Assembly: GCA_041577935.1 (NCBI GenBank)
Contig: JBFGIA010000003.1
Span: 1-41,741, forward strand
Direction of reading: 5' to 3'
DNA length: 41,741 bases
Origin: Gemmatimonadota bacterium
GTDB lineage: Bacteria > Gemmatimonadota > Gemmatimonadetes > JACCXV01 > JAHWKZ01
Within the stretch, counting starts at the first letter, position 1; every line of letters starts with the position of its first letter. This document shows, one piece after another, positions 19,951 to 27,824 of this stretch. The position numbers were made by a program, and so were the translations under genes. The notes under the pieces are model-generated. The model was given only the letters and a program-made list of their open reading frames with translations, was not told the DNA's origin and did no database searches.

Positions 19951-20544
19951 CTACTCGTTTATCGTGGTCAGCGCGTGGCGCGTGATTTCAGGCGCCTCCG
20001 CGTCGGGGTGATCGTTGAGCGTGTGCTGCACCGCTCGCTCGGCAGCCGAGCGGCGGATCCCGAGTGCGATCAACGCTTTGACCGCATCCTGCCCCTCGGT
20101 CGTCAGCTCGATCGGCTCCTCGTCCACCTCGGACTCGGCCAGATCGGCGACCTTGTCCTTCAGCTCCAACACCATTCGCTCGGCGGTCTTTTTTCCCACC
20201 CCACTGATGCCGGTCAGCGTCGCCAGGTCCTGGCGTCGAACGGCGGTCACGAACCGCTCCGGAGTCAGCCGGGACAGCACGTGGAGCGCTAACCGCGGAC
20301 CGATCCCGCTAACGCCGATCAGTGTCTCGAAGAGGCGCCGCTCGCGCGTAGTGGCAAAACCGTACAGCGTCAGCTCCTCGGCCCGCACGTGCAGATAAGT
20401 CACGACGCGCGCTGTGTCGCCCTCGGCGGGCATAGCTTCGTAGGTCGACAACGGGATCGCTACCCGGTACCCGACTCCACCGACATCGACAATCAACTCG
20501 TCGATCGCCTTGCTTACGAGTTCCCCACTCAACGATCCAATCAT
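19951..20544 (-). CDS. ruvA: Holliday junction branch migration protein RuvA
   Basis: MIGSLSG, DVGGVGY, LYGF, VSGIGPRLA, GVGKKTAERMVLELKDK; ATG overlaps ruvC stop. Confidence 0.97.
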   Translation of the reverse strand: MIGSLSGELVSKAIDELIVDVGGVGYRVAIPLSTYEAMPAEGDTARVVTYLHVRAEELTLYGFATTRERRLFETLIGVSGIGPRLALHVLSRLTPERFVTAVRRQDLATLTGISGVGKKTAERMVLELKDKVADLAESEVDEEPIELTTEGQDAVKALIALGIRRSAAERAVQHTLNDHPDAEAPEITRHALTTINE

Positions 20545-21035
20545 GTCGATTTCACCGCTGGGACGGTGTCCCGATGAAGATGGCACAGTGCCACCGCTAA
20601 GCTATCGGTGGCATCGGGCGGCAGTTCCGTCTCGCCCAACCCTAACAATGAGCTCACCATGTACGCGACCTGACTCTTGCTGGCACCGCCATTGCCGACA
20701 ACCGATCGTTTGACCTGGCGCGGCGCATACTCGTGGATTGGCAGTTTCGAGCGCCTAGCAGCGAGCAGCAACACACCGCGCGTCTGACTCATAACCGCCA
20801 ACGCCTTGACGTTTTGACCCAGGAACGCGTTTTCGATCGCGATCGCGGTCGGCGAGAACTCCTCGATCAGCGCTCGGAAACCATCGTCGATTGCGACCAA
20901 TCGGTCGGCTAGTGATCCCTTACCGCCTCGAATCGTACCGCAGTCGATGCAGACCGTGGATCCGGCCCGCTGCTCGATCACGCCGTAACCGGTCACCGTG
21001 CTGCCCGGGTCGATGCCCAGAACTCGCACTGTCAC
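20541..21035 (-). CDS. ruvC: Crossover junction endodeoxyribonuclease RuvC
   Basis: LGIDPGS..TGYGVI, AIE, VGNGGASKSQV, DATDSLAVALCH. Confidence 0.97.
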   Translation of the reverse strand: MTVRVLGIDPGSTVTGYGVIEQRAGSTVCIDCGTIRGGKGSLADRLVAIDDGFRALIEEFSPTAIAIENAFLGQNVKALAVMSQTRGVLLLAARRSKLPIHEYAPRQVKRSVVGNGGASKSQVAYMVSSLLGLGETELPPDATDSLAVALCHLHRDTVPAVKST

Positions 21036-21041
21036 CTCCCC

Positions 21042-21788
21042 TCAACTGGCGCGGGCCAAGATCTCCTCGTCGATGTCGAAGTTGGCCGCCACGCGCTGGA
21101 TATCGTCGTCATCCTCAAGAGCGTCGAGGAGCTTGAGAAGCCTCTCTGCGTCACCGCCTTCCACGGCGACGGCGCTCTTGGCGATCATCGTCAGCTCGGC
21201 TTCCTCGCTCTCGATCCCAGCCTCGCGCAGAGCTTCCTGCACCGCATGCAGATCACTAAACGAGGTCATCACGCGGAAGTAGTCGCCATCGGAGATGACG
21301 TCTTCTGCGCCGGCCTCGATCGCCGGCAAAAAGACCGACTCTTCGTCGAACCTGGAGGCGTCGATCAAGATCTGGCCCTTCTGATCGAACATCCACGCCA
21401 CCGAACCATCCTTCCCGAGGTTGCCCCCGTATTTGGTCAGTGTGTGACGCACCGAGGCAACGGTCCGTTTCTCGTTATCGGTCAGAGCCTCGATAAAAAT
21501 CGCCACCCCGCCAGGCCCGTAAGCCTCGTAAGTGACGGGCACGTAGTTGACGCCAGGCAGTTCGCCGGTACCACGCTTGATCGCCCGATCGATGTTGTCG
21601 GCGGGCATGTTCTGCGCCTTGGCATTCTCGACCGCAGTGCGCAGACGAGGGTTCATGCTGGTATCACCCCCGCCATCCCGCGCTGCGACGGTGATTTCCT
21701 TGATCAGCCTGGAGAAGATCTTGCCGCGCTTTGCGTCAGCAGCGGCCTTTTTGCGCTTGATCGTGGACCATTTCGAGTGACCGGACAT
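21042..21788 (-). CDS. yebC: YebC/PmpR-family protein
   Basis: MSGHSKWSTIKRKK, NPRLR, YEAYGPGG, TDN.KRT; adjacent to ruvC. Confidence 0.97.
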   Translation of the reverse strand: MSGHSKWSTIKRKKAAADAKRGKIFSRLIKEITVAARDGGGDTSMNPRLRTAVENAKAQNMPADNIDRAIKRGTGELPGVNYVPVTYEAYGPGGVAIFIEALTDNEKRTVASVRHTLTKYGGNLGKDGSVAWMFDQKGQILIDASRFDEESVFLPAIEAGAEDVISDGDYFRVMTSFSDLHAVQEALREAGIESEEAELTMIAKSAVAVEGGDAERLLKLLDALEDDDDIQRVAANFDIDEEILARAS

Positions 21789-21795
21789 GTTCTTG

Positions 21796-21801
21796 AATAT
21801 A
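21796..21801 (-). promoter_or_regulatory. Putative -10 element (TATATT) 7 nt before yebC ATG
   Basis: Minus strand TATATT-caagaac-ATG; no SD. Confidence 0.5.
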
Positions 21802-21824
21802 GGGCGTAGTCACAGGTTCTCGCT

Positions 21825-21939
21825 GGTGGGATCACCCCTCGTGGCCGGTGCTCCACTTCGCGGAGCCTCCTCGAGACCTTTGGTCCCTGCGGGGTCTCCG
21901 CTCGTTCCCACACAAACGGCCACTCAGGGTGACCCCACC
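21825..21939 (-). repeat. Structured repeat element, copy 1 (MITE/REP-like; terminal inverted arms plus two internal hairpins)
   Basis: Arms GGTGGG-A-TCACCC-CTC-GTGGCCG / CGGCCAC-TCA-GGGTGA-C-CCCACC; core is the reverse complement of the core at 22624-22707. Confidence 0.85.
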
Positions 21940-21997
21940 GACGACGGGCCGCGACCCCAACCATTGCGGCGGCGCATCGGGGACGAAAGATTCCGGT

Positions 21998-22582
21998 ATG
22001 CGGCCGGCTCTCCTGGTACTCATCGCGCTCTCTGTAACCACACCGCTCGTCGCGCAAGAGGCAGACTCCCTTGTCGCGCGCCCGGTGGCACCGGTCGTCC
22101 GCAAGAACGTCTGTCCATTTGAATGCTGCGTATACCGAGAGTGGACGGCGATCGGAGAGATACCGGTGTATGCAGCGGAAGGCGACACGACGGTTGTCGC
22201 ATTCACGATGAGTGACGACGAATTGTTCACCGCGATCGAGGGTAACGTGCACCTCGATCGATTGGGGCTCGTCGCGGTACATCGATCAGTAACTGACACC
22301 ATCTACGACACCTACCACTACGAAGCGGGAGATACGCTCGTCGTGCTCGACTACCTGGGCGAAGGGTTTTTCACCGCCTGGCTGAGTGGACGGATGTTGG
22401 AAGTCGAGGCGTTTTGGATGTTCGAAGACCCCGACGAACATGGGACCGTTGAGGGTCCCGCATGGACCGTTGTCGCCGAGCCCGACCCGCATTGGTGGGT
22501 TCGCGTTCAGACCAAAGATGATCGCAACGGCTGGATCTACATGAACGAGGCTCGGGTGACGAACGCCGACGCGTGTGGCTGA
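21998..22582 (+). CDS. Secreted hypothetical protein with CPFECC motif and SH3-like C-terminus
   Basis: Signal peptide MRPALLVLIALSVTTPLVA|Q; CPFECCVYREW; WWVRVQTKDDRNGWI resembles bacterial SH3; ends NADACG. Confidence 0.75.
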   Translation: MRPALLVLIALSVTTPLVAQEADSLVARPVAPVVRKNVCPFECCVYREWTAIGEIPVYAAEGDTTVVAFTMSDDELFTAIEGNVHLDRLGLVAVHRSVTDTIYDTYHYEAGDTLVVLDYLGEGFFTAWLSGRMLEVEAFWMFEDPDEHGTVEGPAWTVVAEPDPHWWVRVQTKDDRNGWIYMNEARVTNADACG

Positions 22583-22605
22583 AGTTCGAAATGGATTATT
22601 GCTGG

Positions 22606-22725
22606 CGGCTGGCACCACCCGAAGCGACCGTTTTGCGCGGGAGTGAGCGGAGACCCCACAGAGACCGAAGGTCTCGAGGAGGCTCCGCGAAACGGAGCGC
22701 CGGTCGCGCATGGTGGTACCAGCCG
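22606..22725 (+). repeat. Structured repeat element, copy 2 (inverted relative to copy 1)
   Basis: Arms CGGCTGG-C-ACCACC-CGAA-GCGACCG / CGGTCGC-GCAT-GGTGGT-A-CCAGCCG; internal hairpins GAGACC-GAA-GGTCTC and GCTCCG-CGAAA-CGGAGC. Confidence 0.85.
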
Positions 22726-22736
22726 ACGATCCTCTA

Positions 22737-23924
22737 ATGCTAAGAACGACGCCCTTCCACACCCGCACCGGTCGGCTGTGCCAAGCGCAGAATTGGCGTC
22801 GCTGGGCCGGCTACGTCGTAGCCAGCTCGTACGAGCTCACCCACGAACGCGAATACCACGCGATCCGCAGCACGGCGGCTCTGATCGACGTGTCTCCGCT
22901 CTACAAGTACTCGGTGCGCGGGCCGGATGCCGGACGGTTGCTAAATCGCGTTATCACACGCGACGTCAACAAGTGTGCAGTCAATCAGGTGATGTACACT
23001 CCGTGGTGCGACGAGGACGGAAAGGTCATCGATGATGGCACGTTGTCGCGGTTGGGTGAAGAGACGTTTCGACTGACCGCCGCCGAGCCGAACTTGCGCT
23101 GGCTCCGCGATAACGCACTTGGGCTAAACGTGACGATCGACGACGTCACCGACTCGATCGCAGCGCTGGCATTACAGGGACCCAATTCACGCGAGATCCT
23201 AAAGCACGCTTCCAACGCCGAGCTGGACGAGCTGCGGTTCTTCGGATTGACGCCAGCGCGAGTGCAAGACGTGCCGGTCACGATCTCACGCACTGGATAC
23301 ACCGGCGATCTGGGCTACGAGGTTTGGGTCGACGCAGAGCGAGCGGTATCGCTTTGGGACACGCTCATGGCCACCGGCGAGTCGTACGGAGTCACCCCCG
23401 CCGGAATGCTGGCGCTCGACGTCGCGAGAATCGAAGCCGGTCTGTTGTTGAATCAAGTCGACTACATCCCCGCCAACAAGGCGCTCCTTGAGACGCGCAA
23501 GTCATCGCCATTCGAGCTCGGCCTGGGGTGGACAGTTGTGCTCGACAAGGATCACTTCGTCGGCCGAGCCGCGCTGCTCCAGGAACAGCGCCGGGGCCCG
23601 GCGTGGCGGTTCAGGGGTCTGGAAATCGAGTGGGAGTCGCTGGAGGATGTTTACGCCGAGTTTGGCCTCCCGCCCGAGCTTCCGACGATCGCCTGGCGAA
23701 CGAGCGTGCCGGTGTACTCGAACACCAAGCAGATCGGCTATGCGACGAGCGGAGCCTGGTCACCGACGCTCAAGAAGTACGTCGCCTTGGCGCACCTCCG
23801 TGCGCAACACGCGGAACCGGGCACCGAGCTGACAATGGAGGTCACCGCCGAGCATCAGCGCAAGTCGGCGCTAGCCAGGGTCGTCACGACGCCGTTCTTC
23901 GACCCCGAACGAAAGCGAGCCTGA
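22737..23924 (+). CDS. GcvT-like folate-binding aminomethyltransferase/demethylase family protein
   Basis: TPFH, EYHAIR..AALIDVSPL, GKVIDDGT, LQGP.SR, SRTGYTGDLGYE, ARIEAG, TPFFDP; start 22737 or 22710. Confidence 0.9.
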   Translation: MLRTTPFHTRTGRLCQAQNWRRWAGYVVASSYELTHEREYHAIRSTAALIDVSPLYKYSVRGPDAGRLLNRVITRDVNKCAVNQVMYTPWCDEDGKVIDDGTLSRLGEETFRLTAAEPNLRWLRDNALGLNVTIDDVTDSIAALALQGPNSREILKHASNAELDELRFFGLTPARVQDVPVTISRTGYTGDLGYEVWVDAERAVSLWDTLMATGESYGVTPAGMLALDVARIEAGLLLNQVDYIPANKALLETRKSSPFELGLGWTVVLDKDHFVGRAALLQEQRRGPAWRFRGLEIEWESLEDVYAEFGLPPELPTIAWRTSVPVYSNTKQIGYATSGAWSPTLKKYVALAHLRAQHAEPGTELTMEVTAEHQRKSALARVVTTPFFDPERKRA

Positions 23925-25504
23925 TGGCTGCAAACCGCTACGACGCGGTGGTGATCGGCGGCGGCCACAACGGCCTGGTCGCCGCGGCCTACCTCGCACG
24001 GGCTGGGAAGAAAGTGTTAGTTCTCGAGCGGCGTCACCTGGTCGGCGGCGCTGCGGTCACAGAGGAGGTCTACCCCGGCTTCAAGTATTCGGTCTGCTCT
24101 TACGTGGTGAGCCTGCTCCGCCCCGAGATCATCCGCGAGCTAGACCTCTCCGCCCACGGGCTCGACCTCCTCCCGCTCGAGAGCACCGTCACGCCACTGC
24201 CAAACGGCGACTACCTAGCACGGTGGGCGGATCACGATCAGACCCGCCGCGAGCTCTACCGCCATTCACCCAGCGACGCCGAAGCGTACGATGAGTTTGG
24301 CACGTTGATGTACCACCTCGCCTTCGCGGTCAAACCAATCCTTTCGATGGTGCCACCCGATCCCACGTCGTTGAGCCCTGGTGATCTTCGGTCGCTACTA
24401 AAACTCACCAATCACTTTCGCGGGCTCGGCGAAGAGAAGCTGTACTCATTGATCAAGCTGATGACGATGAGCTCGGCCGACTATCTCGATGAGTGGTTCG
24501 AGACCGAGGCGCTGAAAGCGACGATGTCCGCCAGTGGCGTCATCGGCACTTTCCTCGGGCCACGCTCACCGGGAACCGCGTACGTACTGCTGCATCACTA
24601 CATGGGAGAGATCGATGGCGCGTTCCGAGCGTGGGGTTTCGCCAAGGGCGGGACCGGCAGCGTGAGCGAGGCGATCGCCAGCGCAGCGCGAGGGTTGGGC
24701 GCCGAGATCCGGACCGAAGCATCGGTCGCGCGTGTCATCATCGAGAACGGTCGAGCGGCCGGCGTCGCACTGGAATCGGGCGAGGAGATCAGGGCCAACG
24801 CCGTGGTATCCGGAGTCGACCCCAGGCTCACGTTTCTCGGCCTGATCGAACCCGACGAGCTGCCGAGCGAGTTTGTCCGTGCAATCAAGCGGTTTAGGAT
24901 TCGCGGATCGTCGGGCAAGGTGAACCTGGCATTGGATGCGCTCCCGAACCTGGCTTGCCTCCCCGGCGTCGGACCTCACCTGCGCGGCGCGGTGTCGATC
25001 AGCCCTAGCGTCGAGTACCTGGAGCGAGCCTATGACGACGCTAAGTACGGAGGCTTCTCACGCCATCCCTACATGGACATCGTAATCCCATCGATGATCG
25101 ATCCCGACATGGCGCCACCGGGCAAGCACGTGATGTCGATTTTTGTCCAGTACGCGCCATACGAGCTGAATGGCGGCTGGAACGACGTGCGGCGCGAAAA
25201 TTTTGGTGACGCCGTGATCGACACGCTGTCGGAATACATGCCGAACCTGAAAGACATCATCCTCCATCGCCAAGTCCTGACGCCGTGGGACATGGAGCGC
25301 GATTTCGGATTGACCGAGGGCAACATCTTCCATGGCGAGCTTTCGCTGCATCAGCTCTTTTTCATGCGACCGGCGGCGCCGTGGGCGGACTATCACACTC
25401 CGATCAAAGATTTCTATCAATGTGGATCGGGCACACACCCGGGTGGCGGGATATCCGGAGCCTCGGGACGGCTGGCTGCGTTGACGATGCTCGAGGATAT
25501 GTGA
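23924..25504 (+). CDS. FAD-dependent oxidoreductase, phytoene dehydrogenase-like (PYROXD2-type), paralog A
   Basis: YDAVVIGGGHNGLVAAAYLA, VGGAAVTEE, GLTEGNIFHGE, CGSGTHPGGG; ATG overlaps upstream TGA. Confidence 0.9.
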   Translation: MAANRYDAVVIGGGHNGLVAAAYLARAGKKVLVLERRHLVGGAAVTEEVYPGFKYSVCSYVVSLLRPEIIRELDLSAHGLDLLPLESTVTPLPNGDYLARWADHDQTRRELYRHSPSDAEAYDEFGTLMYHLAFAVKPILSMVPPDPTSLSPGDLRSLLKLTNHFRGLGEEKLYSLIKLMTMSSADYLDEWFETEALKATMSASGVIGTFLGPRSPGTAYVLLHHYMGEIDGAFRAWGFAKGGTGSVSEAIASAARGLGAEIRTEASVARVIIENGRAAGVALESGEEIRANAVVSGVDPRLTFLGLIEPDELPSEFVRAIKRFRIRGSSGKVNLALDALPNLACLPGVGPHLRGAVSISPSVEYLERAYDDAKYGGFSRHPYMDIVIPSMIDPDMAPPGKHVMSIFVQYAPYELNGGWNDVRRENFGDAVIDTLSEYMPNLKDIILHRQVLTPWDMERDFGLTEGNIFHGELSLHQLFFMRPAAPWADYHTPIKDFYQCGSGTHPGGGISGASGRLAALTMLEDM

Positions 25505-25505
25505 C

Positions 25506-27095
25506 GTGAGCCGACCTTACGACGCCATCATCGTCGGTGCCGGGCACAATGGGCTCACCACCGCGGCGCGCCTCGCCAAGGCGGGTTTACGCGTACTGGC
25601 GCTGGAGCGTCGCGACGCGGTCGGCGGCGCCCTGGTGACCGAGGAGATCCACCCCGGTTTCAAGGTCGATGCCGCATGCCACCAGATCGGGGTCTTGCAT
25701 CCCGGCGTGGTCGGCGATCTCGATCAGGCGCTTGGGGTCACACCCGACATCGTGCGCTGCGACCCGGTCGTGTTTGCACCACTCATCGATGGCCGTCACC
25801 TACTCTTGTGGCGTGACCCGGCAACCACCACCGAGGCGATCGCGACGCTCTCGAAGAGTGACGCCGAGAAGTGGAGCTCGTTTGTCGAGTTGATCACCAA
25901 GGCTGCCGGTTTACTCGAGACGGCCTACGAACGAACCCCACCCGATCTGCTATCGGTCGATGCGAGTGATCTGTGGTCGCTGGTGCGCCTCGGAGGTCGG
26001 GCCCGCCGGCTCGGGAAGCGCGAGATGATGGAGGTGGCTCGGCTTCTGACCATGACCGTCGCCGAGCTGCTCGACGAGTGGTTCGAGAGCGATCTGCTCA
26101 AAGGAACACTCGGTGCCACGGGTATCACGGGCATGTTCCAGGGTCCGATGGCGGCCGGCACGGCGTACATGCTGCTCCACAATCACGTTGGCACGGAAAA
26201 CGGCGCGGTCCGGTCCGTGGACCGGGTACGAGGCGGGGTCGGCGTTTTGTCACACGCGTTGCACGATCTCGCTCGGTCGTGTGGCGTGGAAATCAAGACC
26301 AACGCGTCGGTCACTCGGATCGTCGTCAAGAACGGCCGAGCGACCGGTGTGGTACTCGCCAACGGCGACGAAATAGAAACCAAGCGTGTCGTCTCGAACG
26401 CTGACCCGCGACGCACGTTTCTCGATCTCGTCGACCCGCTCGATCTCGCCCCGCGATTCGTGCGTCAGGTTCAGAACATCAAGTACCGGGGCGCCTGCGC
26501 CAAAGTGAACCTGGCGCTCGATACGCTTCCGCGCTTCACTGTTAGTGATGCGGCTCACCTCGGTGGTGTTGTATCGATCAGCCCGAGCCTCGATTATCTG
26601 GAGCGCGCGTACGACGACGCCAAGTACGGAGAGATCTCTCGGGAGCCGTATCTGGAGGCGGTCATCCCCTCGCTGGCCGACTCATCACTGGCGCCTCCCG
26701 GGAAACACGTTATGTCGATCCTCGTCCAGTACGCGCCCTATCATCTCAACGATGGCACGTGGGATGAGTCGAAAACCTCCGAGCTCGCCGATCGGACAGT
26801 GAAAACGTTGACTCAGTACGCGCCCGACCTCGAACAGATCGTGCTCGCTCGACAGGTCTTGAGCCCGCGCGATCTCGAAACCGATTTCGGCTTGACCGAA
26901 GGCAACATCTATCACGGTGAGATGACGCTCGATCAGCTCTTCATCATGCGTCCGGTCCCAGGTTGGGCCCGCTATCGCACGCCGATCGAGAACCTCTATC
27001 TGTGTGGCGCCGGTACGCACCCCGGCGGCGGCGTGACCGCAAGACCCGGTTACAACGCCGCCCGCGAAATCTTGAAGGACGTGAAACGCAAGTAG
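25506..27095 (+). CDS. FAD-dependent oxidoreductase, phytoene dehydrogenase-like (PYROXD2-type), paralog B
   Basis: YDAIIVGAGHNGL, GLTEGNIYHGE, YLCGAGTHPGGG; clearly paralogous to the upstream gene. Confidence 0.9.
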   Translation: MSRPYDAIIVGAGHNGLTTAARLAKAGLRVLALERRDAVGGALVTEEIHPGFKVDAACHQIGVLHPGVVGDLDQALGVTPDIVRCDPVVFAPLIDGRHLLLWRDPATTTEAIATLSKSDAEKWSSFVELITKAAGLLETAYERTPPDLLSVDASDLWSLVRLGGRARRLGKREMMEVARLLTMTVAELLDEWFESDLLKGTLGATGITGMFQGPMAAGTAYMLLHNHVGTENGAVRSVDRVRGGVGVLSHALHDLARSCGVEIKTNASVTRIVVKNGRATGVVLANGDEIETKRVVSNADPRRTFLDLVDPLDLAPRFVRQVQNIKYRGACAKVNLALDTLPRFTVSDAAHLGGVVSISPSLDYLERAYDDAKYGEISREPYLEAVIPSLADSSLAPPGKHVMSILVQYAPYHLNDGTWDESKTSELADRTVKTLTQYAPDLEQIVLARQVLSPRDLETDFGLTEGNIYHGEMTLDQLFIMRPVPGWARYRTPIENLYLCGAGTHPGGGVTARPGYNAAREILKDVKRK

Positions 27096-27124
27096 GGGTC
27101 GGGATCGACGCTGTCGACGGGTTC

Positions 27125-27158
27125 GAGGCTCCGCGAAGTGGAGCGCGGCCACAGGGGG
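27125..27158 (+). repeat. Partial (right-half) copy 3 of the structured repeat
   Basis: GAGGCTCCGCGAAGTGGAGC is identical to the reverse complement of copy 1, followed by GCGGCCACAGGGGG (copy 1: ACCGGCCACGAGGGG). Confidence 0.8.
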
Positions 27159-27283
27159 CCGCCCAGATGATTGTCCATCGCCAAGGCACTCGATAGCCAG
27201 CTTGTGGCAATTTGAAGAGTCTCATCATTGAGATCATTTTTGAAGAGTTTTTCGTAAGTATTGCTGCAAAAGAAGGAGTAATC

Positions 27284-27721
27284 ATGAACGAGCCAGAAGT
27301 CTGGACGTTTTTCTGGGGTTCCTACATGAATCTCGATGTGCTCAAGGAAGTGGACTACAAGCCTCGGACTTACGAGGTCGCTCGGTTGCCCGGATTTGAC
27401 ATCACAATTCGACCTTTGGCGAATATCGCACGTTCGGATCGACATACGGTCTATGGAATTCTTGCGCCGGGGACGCACGCTGAACTCGCGCGACTCTATG
27501 ATCACGCCGAGAATGTGCTTGGAGGACGGTACCTGCCCGAGGCAGTGTTGGTCGAGACGAAATCCGGTGGATGGAAACCGGCGCTCACGTACATCGCCCC
27601 GCAGCTAAGCGGAGAACCCGCTGGGTCGGATTATGTCGAGCGGATCGTGAAACCGGCCAGGGAGTACGGTTTTCCAGCTTGGTATATCGATCGTTTGGAG
27701 TCGTTTCGACCCACAGGTTAG
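27284..27721 (+). CDS. Gamma-glutamylcyclotransferase (GGCT/AIG2-like) family protein
   Basis: FFWGSYMN, VYGIL, Y.P..V.V, ALTYI, GFPAWYI; AAGGAG SD before ATG 27284. Confidence 0.75.
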   Translation: MNEPEVWTFFWGSYMNLDVLKEVDYKPRTYEVARLPGFDITIRPLANIARSDRHTVYGILAPGTHAELARLYDHAENVLGGRYLPEAVLVETKSGGWKPALTYIAPQLSGEPAGSDYVERIVKPAREYGFPAWYIDRLESFRPTG

Positions 27722-27824
27722 CGAGACGTCCATCACCACCGCATCCTGCAGCCACGAATTTCATCCACGACGGCGATCAAGCAGGACGCAGTATCCCCCC
27801 AGACGACAATTCCCTCCGGCAGGC

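Noticed and set aside
22606-22725. Glycine riboswitch upstream of the GcvT-like gene (contains GGAGA and ACCGAAGG)
   Set aside because: Lacks the conserved CTCTCAGG segment and tandem aptamer. Homologous copies occur beside unrelated genes, and copy 1 lies upstream of the apparent leaderless yebC promoter.
22737-23924. Canonical gcvT
   Set aside because: No gcvH/gcvP adjacent and motif variants (DVSPL rather than DVSHM) fit the GcvT-like family.
23924-27095. Carotenoid biosynthesis cluster (crtI/crtO)
   Set aside because: No crtB/crtE/crtY nearby; coupling to a GcvT-like gene points to a different function.
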